Positions 51,552-64,000 of a stretch of 64,000 nt of DNA are shown here, in pieces. The DNA is from Octopus vulgaris (taxonomy: Eukaryota). The translations under genes were made by a program, and so were the position numbers. The notes below the pieces were generated by a model. That model did not search any database. It was not told the DNA's origin and saw only the letters and a program-made list of their open reading frames with translations. Numbering within the stretch: the stretch's first letter is position 1; each line of letters begins with the position of its first letter. The stretch spans positions 174,530,001 through 174,594,000 of the forward strand of contig OX597817.1 in the NCBI GenBank assembly GCA_951406725.2, given 5' to 3'.

Positions 51552-54500
51552 TGGAAAGAGAAGCACTATTGCAGTGGAAAGAGAAGCACTATTGCAGTGG
51601 AAAGAGAAGCACTATTGCAGTGGAAAGAGAAAACTATTGAGGCGGAAAGAGAAGCACTATTGCAGCGGAAAGAGAAGCACTATTGCGGTGGAAAGAGAAG
51701 CACTATTGCAGCAGAATGAGAAGCACTATTGCAGTGGAAAGAGAAGTACTATTGCAGTGGAAAGAGAAGCACTATTGCAGTGGAAAGAGAAGCACTATTG
51801 CAGCAGAAAGAGAAGCACTATTGCAGTGGAAAGAGAAAACTATTGAGGCGGAAAGAGAAGCACTATTGCAGTGGAAAGAGAAAACTATTGAGGCGGAAAG
51901 AGAAGCACTATTGCAGTGGAAAGAGAAAACTATTGAGGCGGAAAGAGAAGCACTATTGCGGTGGAAAGAGAAGCACTATTGCAGCGGAAAGAGAAGCACT
52001 ATTGCAGCAGAAAGAGAAGCACTATTGCAGTGGAAAGAGAAGCACTATTGCAGTGGAAAGAGAAGCACTATTGCAGTGGAAAGAGAAGCACTATTGCAGT
52101 GGAAAGAGAAGCACTATTGCAGCGGAAAGAGAAGCACTATTGCAGCAGAAAGAGAAGCACTATTGCAGTGGAAAGAGAAGCACTATTGCAGTGGAAAGAG
52201 AAGCACTATTGCAGTGGAAAGAGAAGCACTATTGCAGTGGAAAGAGAAGCACTATTGAGGCGGAAAGAGAAGCACTATTGCAGTGGAAAGAGAAGCACTA
52301 TTGAGGCGGAAAGAGAAGCACTATTGCAGTGGAAAGAGAAGCACTATTGCAGTGGAAAGAGAAGCACTATTGAGGCGGAAAGAGAAGCACTATTGCAGTG
52401 GAAAGAGAAGCACTATTGCAGTGGAAAGAGAAGCACTATTGCAGTGGAAAGAGAAGCACTATTGCAGTGGAAAGAGAAGCACTATTGCAGTGGAAAGAGA
52501 AGCACTATTGCAGTGGAAAGAGAAGCACTATTGAGGCGGAAAGAGAAGCACTATTGCAGTGGAAAGAGAAGCACTATTGCAGCGGAAAGAGAAGCACTAT
52601 TGCAGCAGAAAGAGAAGCACTATTGCAGTGGAAAGAGAAGCACTATTGCAGTGGAAAGAGAAGCACTATTGCAGTGGAAAGAGAAGCACTATTGCAGCGG
52701 AAAGTGAAGCACTATTGCAGCAGAAAGAGAAGCACTATTGCAGTGGAAAGAGAAGCACTATTGCAGTGGAAAGAGAAGTACTATTGCAGTGGAAAGAGAA
52801 GCACTATTGCAGTGGAAAGAGAAGCACTATTGCAGCGGAAAGAGAAGCACTATTGCAGCAGAAAGAGAAGCACTATTGCAGTGGAAAGAGAAGCACTATT
52901 GCAGTGGAAAGAGAAGTACTATTGCAGTGGAAAGAGAAGCACTATTGCAGTGGAAAGAGAAGCACTATTGCAGCGGAAAGTGAAGCACTATTGCAGCAGA
53001 AAGAGAAGCACTATTGCAGTGGAAAGAGAAGCACTATTGCAGTGGAAAGAGAAGTACTATTGCAGTGGAAAGAGAAGCACTATTGCAGTGGAAAGAGAAG
53101 TACTATTGCAGTGGAAAGAGAAGCACTATTGCAGTGGAAAGAGAAGCACTATTGCAGCAGAAAGAGAAGCACTATTGCAGTGGAAAGAGAAAACTATTGA
53201 GGCGGAAAGAGAAGCACTATTGCAGTGGAAAGAGAAGCACTATTGCAGCGGAAAGAGAAGCACTATTGCAGCAGAAAGAGAAGCACTATTGCAGTGGAAA
53301 GAGAAGCACTATTGCAGTGGAAAGAGAAGCACTATTGCAGTGGAAAGAGAAGCACTATTGAGGCGGAAAGAGAAGCACTATTGCAGTGGAAAGAGAAGCA
53401 CTATTGAGGCGGAAAGAGAAGCACTATTGCAGCAGAAAGAGAAGCACTATTGCAGTGGAAAGAGAAGCACTATTGCAGTGGAAAGAGAAGCACTATTGAG
53501 GCGGAAAGAGAAGCACTATTGCAGTGGAAAGAGAAGCACTATTGCAGTGGAAAGAGAAAACTATTGAGGCGGAAAGAGAAGCACTATTGCGGTGGGAAGA
53601 GAAGCACTATTGCAGCGGAAAGAGAAGCACTATTGCAGCAGAAAGAGAAGCACTATTGCAGTGGAAAGAGAAGCACTATTGCAGTGGAAAGAGAAGCACT
53701 ATTGCAGTGGAAAGAGAAGCACTATTGCAGTGGAAAGAGAAGCACTATTGCAGCGGAAAGAGAAGCACTATTGCAGCAGAAAGAGAAGCACTATTGCAGT
53801 GGAAAGAGAAGCACTATTGCAGCAGAAAGAGAAGCACTATTGCAGTGGAAAGAGAAGCACTATTGCAGTGGAAAGAGAAGCACTATTGCAGTGGAAAGAG
53901 AAGCACTATTGCAGTGGAAAGAGAAGCACTATTGCAGTGGAAAGAGAAGCACTATTGCAGCAGAAAGAGAAGCACTATTGCAGTGGAAAGAGAAGCACTA
54001 TTGCAGTGGAAAGAGAAGCACTATTGCAGTGGAAAGAGAAGCACTATTGCAGTGGAAAGAGAAGCACTATTGCAGTGGAAAGAGAAGTACTATTGCAGTG
54101 GAAAGAGAAGCACTATTGCAGTGGAAAGAGAAGCACTATTGCAGTGGAAAGAGAAGCACTATTGCAGTGGAAAGTGAAGCACTATTGCAGCAGAAAGAGA
54201 AGCACTATTGCAGTGGAAAGAGAAGCACTATTGCAGTGGAAAGAGAAGCACTATTGCAGTGGAAAGAGAAGCACTATTGCAGCGGAAAGTGAAGCACTAT
54301 TGCAGCAGAAAGAGAAGCACTATTGCAGTGGAAAGAGAAGCACTATTGCAGTGGAAAGAGAAGCACTATTGCAGTGGAAAGAGAAGCACTATTGCAGTGG
54401 AAAGAGAAGCACTATTGCAGTGGAAAGAGAAGCACTATTGCAGCAGAAAGAGAAGCACTATTGCAGCGGAAAGACAAGCACTATTGCAGCGGAATGAGAA

Positions 54501-54765
54501 GCACTATTGCAGTGGAAAGAGAAAACTATTGAGGCGGAAAGAGAAGCACTATTGCAGTCAGGGAAAGAGAAGCACTATTGCGGTGGAAAGAGAAGCACTA
54601 TTGCAGCAGAAAGAGAAGCACTATTGCAGCAGAAAGAGAAGCACTATTGCAGTGGAAAGAGAAGCAACTATTGCAGGCTGAAAGAGAAGCACTATTGCAG
54701 TGGAAAGAGAAGCACTATTGAGGCGGAAAGAGAAGCACTATTGCAGCGGAAAGAGAAGCACTACT
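51552..54765. repeat. 23-bp minisatellite (GGAAAGAGAAGCACTATTGCAGT), about 140 copies
   Basis: Read directly; a few recurrent variant units. Confidence 0.98.
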
Positions 54766-55600
54766 GAGTGGCATTCACAGCGACAGCTATGACAGCACAG
54801 CAGTGACAATAATAATAACAATAACTGCTTTACTACAAACACACGAAAAAGGTTTGTGAAGAATTGTCCCTTCCAAAAGCAAAAAATAAGAAGAAATACT
54901 AGAAATACTAACATAACTGAAAAACTCTTCACTTAGTCGAAAGTGAAAGTTGGCAAAGAAAAGAAATTGTTTGAAAATTGCAGAGTGAAAGAGGCTGAAA
55001 CAAAGAAAAGAAGGATAAGACAGGAAACCTACGATTTAATCACCTAAATCCAAAACTTTGTTAATTCCAAGACCAAGAAAGAAAGAAAGGATACCAAACA
55101 TACAATCCAGCCAAAGGTAACACCATTTCTGCTCAGATGAAATCTCAATTACACCTCCACTTCAGCTGCAGCTACTAATTCTTTCATTACCCCTTCTATC
55201 TCAAGCACCCTTACCGCTGGTGTCATCACCTCTACTAAATCCATTTCTTCTCCTAAGCCACTATTATTGCCATTATGAATTCCTTCATTCTCTACCACCT
55301 GCACTTAAGTCACTCCACTGAAACTTTTTATTAAATAACTGAATTATGGAGTATTACAGATTTATCTAAGACAATAATACATGTAAAACTGCATGAGCAC
55401 ATGCACGTTTATGCACTGATATATTTTTGCTTCAACTTGAAGCAAATTTTTGAAACTTACCATTTATAAAGTTTCAGAATAATTTTTGTCTGTCGTATTT
55501 TTAAAAGTGGAAGAGATCAAAAGAGCAAAGATGTGCCATGAAGTTGAAAATGGATACGATTGCTAATTTTGTCTTTTGTCTCTTGTATTTGAGTTTGTAG

Positions 55601-55650
55601 ATATGACAAGCGAAGGAGAAGATGAAGAAAAAGAAGGAAGAAAATAATAG
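55601..55650 (+). other. Candidate terminal exon coding part
   Basis: TGCTAAT branch point, pyrimidine tract and TAG acceptor at 55600; frame MTSEGEDEEKEGRK** ; AATAAA at 55742 and 55790. Confidence 0.25.
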
Positions 55651-55824
55651 CATCTTCTCTTATTAAGATATGATGTCTATCTGGTTTTTTACAAATGTGT
55701 TTTTCCTGAGATTTATTTATAGTTTGATGTGAAAGAAAGAGAATAAAATGAGTTGCACTGAAAGACTGTATAAAGACAGGACAAACGAGAATAAAAAAGT
55801 TCCACATCCTGATCACAATCACGT

Positions 55825-55903
55825 TGTCATCATCATCATCACCATCATCATCACCATCACTACCACCACCATCATCATCATGATCATCACCACCACCACT
55901 ACC

Positions 55904-55937
<34 letters not shown>

Positions 55938-56040
55938 TCATCACCACCACTACCACCACCACCACCACCACCATCATCGAAATCATCATCATCATCACCA
56001 CTACTACCACCACCACCACCACCATCATCAAATCATCATC

Positions 56041-56072
<32 letters not shown>

Positions 56073-56135
56073 CACCATCACCATCACAATCACCATCATC
56101 ATCATCACCATCACCATCACCATCATCATCATCCT
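55825..56135. repeat. (CAT/CAC)n compound tract
   Basis: Read directly. Confidence 0.95.
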
Positions 56136-56451
56136 CATAGATGTTGTCATTTCAACGTCCACTTTTTCCTTACATGAAATTCATTGAGATAAATTTTCTG
56201 CAAACAGATGACCCTACTGTTTGCCAACCCCTCTGCTGTTACCGGGTAAGGTAATATTTCTCCCTAAGTCTTTCAAACATGAATGTTCTGATATTTTTCT
56301 TTTCTTTTTTCTTGCACTTGTTAGACTATCATCAGTTACGGATTAAAAATCATATTTCATCAGACTTCTTGATTTAAGTTCTTTTGTTTCTAACTGGCCT
56401 AACAATGCTCCTTTGAACTTCTCACTCTGCTGAATACATACATACATACAT

Positions 56452-56498
56452 TCACCACCACCACCACCACCACCACCACCACCACCACCACCACCACC

Positions 56499-56543
<45 letters not shown>

Positions 56544-56559
56544 GTCATCATCATCGTCG

Positions 56560-56630
<71 letters not shown>

Positions 56631-56812
56631 GTCGTCATCACCATTTAATGCCCATTTTCCATGCTCGCATGGGTTGCATGGTTTGACTGGAGCTAGTAAA
56701 CTGGGAAACTGCACCAGGTTCCAGTCTGATTTGGCTTGGTTTCTATAGCTGGGTGTCCTTCCTGACTGCAACCACTTTACAGTTTATTCCGAGTGCTTCT
56801 AGTGTGCCACTA
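56452..56812 (-). mobile_element. RTE 3' tail with expanded (GAT)n(GGT)n
   Basis: TTTAATGCCCATTTTCCATGCTCGCATGGGTTG adjoins the (CAT)n/(CAC)n tract. Confidence 0.8.
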
Positions 56813-56969
56813 GTTTGAGTACTCTCGTGTGGCAACAGCATAGGACACTTGCAGGCCAATCCTCTTCACCAGACGATGCAGCTCTAACACAGTGGTGGGG
56901 ATGGGACATGTTGCACAGGACAAGGGCTTCTTTTAGTTTTCATGTACAAAATCCATCTAGAAGGCTTCT

Positions 56970-57188
56970 TATTTATTTATTGCCCACAAGGGGCTAAACG
57001 TAGAGGAGACAAACAAGGACAGACAAAGGAATTAAGTCGATTACATGACCCCAGTGTATAACTGGTACTTAATTTATCAACCCCGAAAAGATGAAAGGCA
57101 AAGTCAACCTCGGCGGAATTTGAACTCAGGATGTAACGGCAGATGAAATATCGCTAAGCATTTCGCCCGGCGTGCTAACGTTTCTGCC
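56970..57188 (-). mobile_element. Meta-domain-like tRNA SINE
   Basis: Minus strand GAGTTCAAATTCCGCCGAGGTTGACTTTGCCTTTCATCTTTTCGGGGTTGATAAATTAAGTACC. Confidence 0.8.
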
Positions 57189-57390
57189 TGAGGCTGTGAT
57201 AGAAGACACTAGCCCAAACTGCTGATCAGTGAGACTGAACCTAGAGTGACGGTGTTATGAAGCACACTTAATCACACAGACATAGGTTGGTATCCAGAAG
57301 GGATAAAATGTTATGTTGACTTCAGCAAGATTTTGAACTCAGAGTGAAGCGATAGAGAACACAGAGGTACTGTGAGACATTCTGGCTAAT

Positions 57391-57728
57391 GCGGAGACCC
57401 CACCTTCGGTCATGACTGACCATGGGATTGCACCTAGAAAGTTACCCTCCCAGGTACAAGTCTGGGCAAGGTTGTTTATGGAAGACCAGCAGTCGCCCAT
57501 GCATACCAGCCTCCCCTCTCCACGCCACCAGTGTTATCCAAGGGAAAGGCAAAGACCGATACAGCTTGGCACCAATGATGTCGCAACTCATTTCTACAGC
57601 TGAGTGAACTGGAGCAACGTGAAATAAAGTGTCTTGCCCAAGAACACAACATGCAGTCTGGTCTGGGATTCGAACTCACAACCTCACGACCGTCAGCTCG
57701 AAGCTCTAACCATTGAGCCATGCACCTT
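57391..57728 (-). mobile_element. SINE family C with TSD
   Basis: Reverse complement of 15105-15447; TTCTGGCTAAT at 57380-57390 and 57727-57737. Confidence 0.9.
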
Positions 57729-58227
57729 CTGGCTAATACTCTATCAAAGTAAGATGCACAAACCAGAGTTATGTCATTATTAGTGCTATCACAGAAAACA
57801 CTATATGTCATAAGTAGTTCGATCATAAGTCATACTGTATGTCATAATTAATGCAGTCATGACAGAATTAAATCAATGACAAAGAATGTATGTTGTAATT
57901 AGCGCTTACACAAGACATGATTCATGTCTGGATTAGTACAATCAGAAGACATATTGTAAGTTATAATTATTGCTATCACAAAGGCGGCAAGCTGGTAGAA
58001 TTGTTAGCATGATGGGTAAAATGCTTTGTCTAAAGAAAACATAATTATTGCTATCATAAGGCATACTGCATGTCATAATTAGTGCTATCATAAGGCAGGT
58101 GTTATAGATGTTGTAGCACCTGGTCTCAAACATATATTTTAATTCTATATTAATATATTAATGGGGGCTGGAGACGAGACACATGTCTATGGTGAAGCAT
58201 GCAGGCTTGAAAGCATGTATATAATGT

Positions 58228-58265
<38 letters not shown>

Positions 58266-58604
58266 ATATCTATATATACATACATACTAATAAAGGGTAA
58301 AATTGATTAATTAATTAATAATTTTACCAAGTAGTTCGGTATGTTAAAAGAACCATTATCGTGAATTGTTGAGTATTGCTATCTGGGAGATTTTCTTATA
58401 GTAGTAAATAGTTTGTTTTAAATGGTATTTCTAAATTTCGGTATGTGGTGAAGCAAATTTTTGCTGAACCCTAATTATAATTATACTCATAGTTATAAAA
58501 TTTTATACATACATACATACAGTATATATATATATATATAGTAGCAATATATATATATTATTAAAATGAGTGTCTATAAATTTATATATATATATATAAT
58601 ATAT

Positions 58605-58662
<58 letters not shown>

Positions 58663-58839
58663 CACATATATAAATATAAACGTTTATTGTGTTCAAAATG
58701 ATAAAGGCAGTGTATACACACACATACACACATATGTTGGTGTGTATGTGTGTGTGTGTGTGTGTGTGTGTCTGTCAACATTTCTTGTTTTATGTTGGGA
58801 CAATTTGGAAATATATGCTTTATATATACATTTTTTTAT

Positions 58840-59035
58840 TCCTTTACTTGTTTCAGTCATTTGCCTATGGCCATGCTGGAGCACTGACTTTTAGTTGAAG
58901 AAATTGACCTCTGGACTTATTCTTTGTAAACCTGGGGCTTATTCTATCGGTCTCTTCTGCTGAACTGCTAAGTTAGGGGAATGTAAACACACCAGCATCA
59001 GTTGTCAAGTGATGGTGGTGGGGACAAACACAAAT

Positions 59036-59072
<37 letters not shown>

Positions 59073-59740
59073 TATATACGACAGGCTTCTTTCAGTTTCT
59101 ATCTACCAAATTCACTTATAAGGCTTTGGTTGACCCAAGGCTTTAGTTGAAGACACTTGCCCAAGATGCCACACAGCAGGACTGAACCTGGAACCATGTG
59201 ACTGGGAAGCAAGCTTCTTACCACACAGCCACGCATACATATATGCATACATATGTAACATGTCAATTTATATATATATATATACACTGTCATGCACACA
59301 CATAAACATATGGATAAAAATGTGTATTCTTTTACTTGTTTCAGTCATTTGACTGTGGCCAAGCTGGAGCACCACCTTTAGTTGAGCATATCGACCCCAG
59401 GACTTATTCTTTTGTTAACCTAGTACTTATTCTATTAGTCTCTTTTGCCAAACCACTAAGTTATGCAGATGTAAATGCACCAGCATCAGTTGTCAAGCGA
59501 TGTTGGGCATGACAAACACAGACACACAAACATATACGCACACATCCATACACACACACACACACATATAAATATATATATATGACAGGCTTCTTTCAGT
59601 TTCCATCGACCAAATCTCACAAGACTTTGGTTGGCTCGAGGCTATAGTAGAAGACACTTGCCCAAGGTGCCACACAATAAAACTGAACCTGGAACCATGT
59701 GGTTGGTAAGCAAGCTACTTACCACACAGCCACTCCTGTA
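58840..59740 (-). mobile_element. Two head-to-tail SINE A copies (58840-59235 and 59328-59740)
   Basis: Each has a full head and tail. Confidence 0.88.
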
Positions 59741-59810
59741 TATATATATATATGCGTGTATATATGTGTATATATATGTGTGTATATATGTGTGTATATA
59801 TATGTGTATA

Positions 59811-59855
<45 letters not shown>

Positions 59856-59857
<2 letters not shown>

Positions 59858-60190
59858 TCATCATCATCATCATCATCGTTTAACGTCCGCTTTCCATGCT
59901 AGCATGGGTTGGACGGTTCAACTGGGGTCTGGCAAGCCCAAAGGCTGCACCAGGCCAGTCAGATCTGGCAGTGTTTCTACAGCTGGATGCCCTTCCTAAT
60001 GCCAACCACTCCGAGAGTGTAGTGGGTGATTTTATGTGCCACTGACACAGGTGCCAGACGAGGCTGGCAGACGGCCACGATCGGATGGTGTTTGTTACGT
60101 GCCCACAGCACGGAGGCCAGTCGATGCGGTACTGGCTACGGTCACGTTCGGATGGTTTTCTTATGTGCCACCGGCACTGGTACCACAAGG
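59856..60190 (-). mobile_element. RTE 3' end, same subfamily as 17578-23537, in (TA)n
   Basis: Near-identical to 17578-17980 with one hairpin module fewer. Confidence 0.92.
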
Positions 60191-60527
60191 ATATATATAT
60201 ATATATATATATGTATGTATATATATATGTGTGTGTGTGTGTTTGTGTATATGTTTGCATCTACTTTATTATATGTACAGAAATTTTTGATAAAAGCACA
60301 TACACACACACGGATACACAGACATGCATTTATCATTGTTTAACGCACACAGACACATGTTTATGCTCACACGTAGATAGATGTATGCAGATATGAGTAT
60401 GTGTACACACAGCTCAAATTCCCTCCCACATCATCGATAAGTGATGGTTTTGAGTTAAATAATGGATATCGCCAAGTATTACTCATTATATCTAAATCCA
60501 ATTAGCAAAACCTTCTTGGTGACATTG

Positions 60528-60596
60528 CTGTTGCTAAGTTAGCTATACAAAATGTCCTGGCAACCAAGCAACATAATATTGGTTGCCATGGAAACT
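60528..60596. promoter_or_regulatory. RFX X-box cluster
   Basis: Full X-box GTTGCCATGGAAAC at 60582-60595 plus half-sites GTTGCTAAG, CTGGCAAC and CAAGCAAC within 70 bp of non-repetitive sequence. Confidence 0.5.
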
Positions 60597-60940
60597 GAAA
60601 CAGAGCTTCTGTCCTAGGAATGACAATGATAATTTTTCAGAATATTTTTTTTTTCCCATTTTCTCTTTTCTTCTGCATTTATCCTCCATTTTTATCTTTT
60701 CACCAGAATCAGGAGGAATTTTTTCGGCAGTGCTTACTTGGCACAAATTTCATTTTCTTAAAAATCCAAAAGGATTTTTATAGCTGATTCTCAGTTTTCC
60801 CGTTTATCTATCTTTGTGTAAAACTACATGTGTAACACATCTTTTGAGTGTGTGTGTGTGTGTGTGTGTGTATATGTTTGTGTGTGCATGTGTGTGTGTG
60901 TATGTGTGTGTGTGTGTATGTGTGTGTGTGTATGTGTGTG

Positions 60941-61252
60941 TAAAAAGCACCATCCGAATCGTGGCCGAAGCCAGTGCTGCCTCGACTGGCTTCCGTGCTG
61001 GTGGCACGTAAAATGCACCAATCCGACCGTGGCCGTTGCCAGCCTCGCCTGGCACCTGTGTGGGTGGCACGTAAAAAGCACCCACTACACTCACGGAGTG
61101 GTTGGCGTTAGGAAGGGCATCCAGCTGTAGAAACATTGCCAGATAAGACTGGAGCCTGGTGCAGCCTTCTGGCTTCCCAGATCCCCGGTCGAACCGTCCA
61201 ACCCATGCTAGCATGGAGAACGGACGTTAAACGATGATGATGATGATGATGA

Positions 61253-61256
<4 letters not shown>
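60941..61256 (+). mobile_element. RTE 3' end, sister subfamily
   Basis: Two hairpin modules and (GAT)n running into (TA)n; tail nearly identical to 34820-34977. Confidence 0.9.
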
Positions 61257-61295
<39 letters not shown>

Positions 61296-61732
61296 TAGAT
61301 AGATAGATAGATAAATAGATATAGATATATACACACACATAAGCACACATGCACACACACACACATAAGTATATATATATATATACACACACACACATAA
61401 ATATACAGAAAAGTATATATATATATATATATATATAACACAGATCTATTTCATATATATATACATATATGTAGGTAAATATATTTATGGTACCTGTTTT
61501 CTACATAAATTGGTCCTGTTATTTTTTAAAATTATAAATCTTCCCCAGTAGAGCATCATGGATATTACCTTTTTGTATCTGAAATCAGAGTTTTTGTTGA
61601 TGTAATATATATGTGTATATATGTGCATACACACACACACATGCACACATACACATATGTATATATCCATATATATACAAATATATGTGCATGTGTGTGT
61701 GTGTATGTGTGTGTGTCTGTGTCTGTGTGTGT

Positions 61733-61796
<64 letters not shown>

Positions 61797-62009
61797 AAAT
61801 AATGTAACTTGAAGCAATTGCAAACAAAATAAGTGCATGTAAAATCCTGTGTAACAGGTTGGCGTATCATCGGACATTATCAAACATTTTGCTGCAGGAA
61901 AAAGTCTGAGAAAGATATTCTCCACCTACACTTGTGTAAATACACATTTTATTTTGGGCTGTGAGTGACATCACTGGATTGTAAGATGTATAGGTAAATG
62001 ATGCAGAAA

Positions 62010-62630
62010 TGAGTATCCTGACTGTGTAGTAAGAAGATTGCTTGCCAACCATATAGTGCTGGGTTCAGTTCCACTTTGTGGCATCTTGGGCACATCATTT
62101 CTATTATAGCCCTGAGCTAACCAAAGCTTAGTGAGTGGACTTGGTAGACAGAAACTGAAAGAAGCCTGTTGTACATACATATTGTTGTAATTTGGGATGG
62201 TCATTATTTTTTTGACAAATTTATATATTTTTTTCATCACTCGTTTATTACTGTTTTTATTTTATTACTTCAACTCATGTCCATCGTCCAGAAATCTTTT
62301 GTCACACATCTATGACCTCTTCAGCAACACTTTTCATTTTCTTGTGTGGTCTTGCTCCACTTACTCCATTCATAGATATATTCCTAGATTCCTATATATA
62401 AGTGTGTGTGTGTGAGTGTGTCTTTTTTGTGTTTGTGTTTGTCCCCCACCACCACTTGATAACCTGTATTGGTTCGTTTATGTCCTCATAATTTAGTGGG
62501 TCAGTAAAACGAGACCACTACAATAAGTACCAGACTTTAAAAAAGTCCTGAGACTTATTTGCTCAACTAAATCCTTCAAAGCAGTGCCCCAACATGGCCA
62601 CAGTCACATGACTGAAACAAGTAAAGGAGT
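62010..62630 (+). mobile_element. Older SINE A with a ~220-bp internal insert
   Basis: Head at 62010-62172, tail at 62420-62630. Confidence 0.75.
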
Positions 62631-64000
62631 ATATATATATAGAGGTCAGTCTGAGATGACATTTACAGCTAGAAATGGAAGACATACTGAGATGACCGTT
62701 GGTCTTTTAACACCTGTCGCCTATAGTGAGAATTTTTTTCTTTGAGTATTACTGTTAAAATGACCTTTTTACAGGTCAAATATGTTACAAATATATTTGA
62801 AATGATTTAAAAGTTTGTTCATTCCTCAATACCACCTTGCTTGCATACTACATTGTATGTATGTATTGGTGTATACACACAGATGTAGATAGATGATTAA
62901 ATAATTAATCCTGATTGATGAAGCTTCCCACTCCAATTGATCTTGTCTTTCTAGTATCAATCATATGATGTTTATGTGTATATTCCAAAGAGGCAGATGG
63001 GTGAGGGCAATTCCACGCAAAAGGGGGCAAAAACTGAAAAATTATAATAAAACTGTGCTACCATGATTTGTGTATTTTTTTGTTCCCATATGCCAATAGG
63101 ATTCAAAAAAGTAAAAACAATTTCTCTGCAGGATTACTATCATGTGACCAGGGTAGCAATCTGGGATCCAGTCTGGAAGATGGCAATTTGACTGCAAGGA
63201 CAAAACATTGGTATCCAATTCCATCCTTGAAAAAGATTAATTTTCCATCCTACAAAAATGTATTTTCAGGAAGAACTAGAGTAAAATTACAGTTTGGCAG
63301 AGTTGTTTTTTGGAATATCATCCTGCTTGTCAGCAGAAACAGAATTTACTGTGGCCATTAGAATTTGTTGTGCCAGTTACGTTTTGGCATTATAAGTTTC
63401 GTCTACAAAATCCTGACAAATAATTATTTTAAAACAATGCAACCATTATGACGTACTCTAAGGGTATGGATTTTATTCTTATACACACTACTTTATGTTT
63501 TCAGTTACAGGTACCTGCTTGTGCACTGTTCATGGAAGCGTCAACCACATTATGAATTATAGGGTTCCCACAGTTACCTGCAATGCATGTAAAAAGCCTA
63601 GACTGAATTATCTTAGACATTATGCATGTGCTGCAATAAGCTTCAAGAAACGTTAATTAGAACTTTGTGTTCGAGTGCAGCACACACTTTGAATACTTTG
63701 TGTGTTTTTACCTTTTGATCAATTCCTCACGTTCCTGATTGATTAAAATTAAAATGTGGAATACTAATTGGTATCTGAGTTTCAGTGTTGCATCAGTTAC
63801 ACACTTCTAGGTGGAAATGTTGTGTCAGTTGCATGTACCTGTTGCACCACTTACATTTTACCAAATGCACCACAGCATGTATTAAACAAGAGTGTTTCAT
63901 ATGAAAGCATGTATAGCATCCATACGACTTCAGGTTTCTTTTGATATAAAAATTGTTTGCAGATGTAAATTTTCTGCTCAGGGTTTCCAGCATAAATACC

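Noticed and set aside
51552-54765. CRISPR-like array
   Set aside because: Units are contiguous with no unique spacers, no cas genes, and the context is eukaryotic
51391-54767. Long overlapping ORFs up to 389 aa
   Set aside because: They are translations of a 23-bp minisatellite open in all three frames
62700-64000. Non-repetitive stretch with short ORFs
   Set aside because: No recognisable domain or consistent exon structure

Overview
Eukaryotic, AT-rich, microsatellite-dense sequence made almost entirely of transposable-element copies and relics. The repeat repertoire (several tRNA-derived CORE-like and Meta-like SINEs, RTE, R4/Dong, Tx1/L1, Penelope-like elements, maT/Tc1/pogo relics) looks like an Octopus (coleoid cephalopod) intron or intergenic region; the organism call is inference. 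No intact host gene can be supported, only isolated splice-signal candidates. The main feature is a young, 5'-truncated RTE-clade LINE (17578-23537, minus strand). It has a C4HC3 PHD finger inside its RT and a 3' UTR expanded into about nine tandem 290-345 bp units built from hairpin modules. A second insertion with the same unit junction lies at 38270-39875 in the opposite orientation. Also present: Penelope-like fragments with hammerhead-ribozyme cores, a Naiad-type PLE, two long inverted repeats, a 3.2 kb 23-bp minisatellite, a LINE/SINE 3' stem-loop with compensatory changes, and an RFX X-box cluster. Most of the ORF track is microsatellite or minisatellite artefact. All calls come from reading the sequence; no database search was run, and boundaries of degraded elements are approximate.
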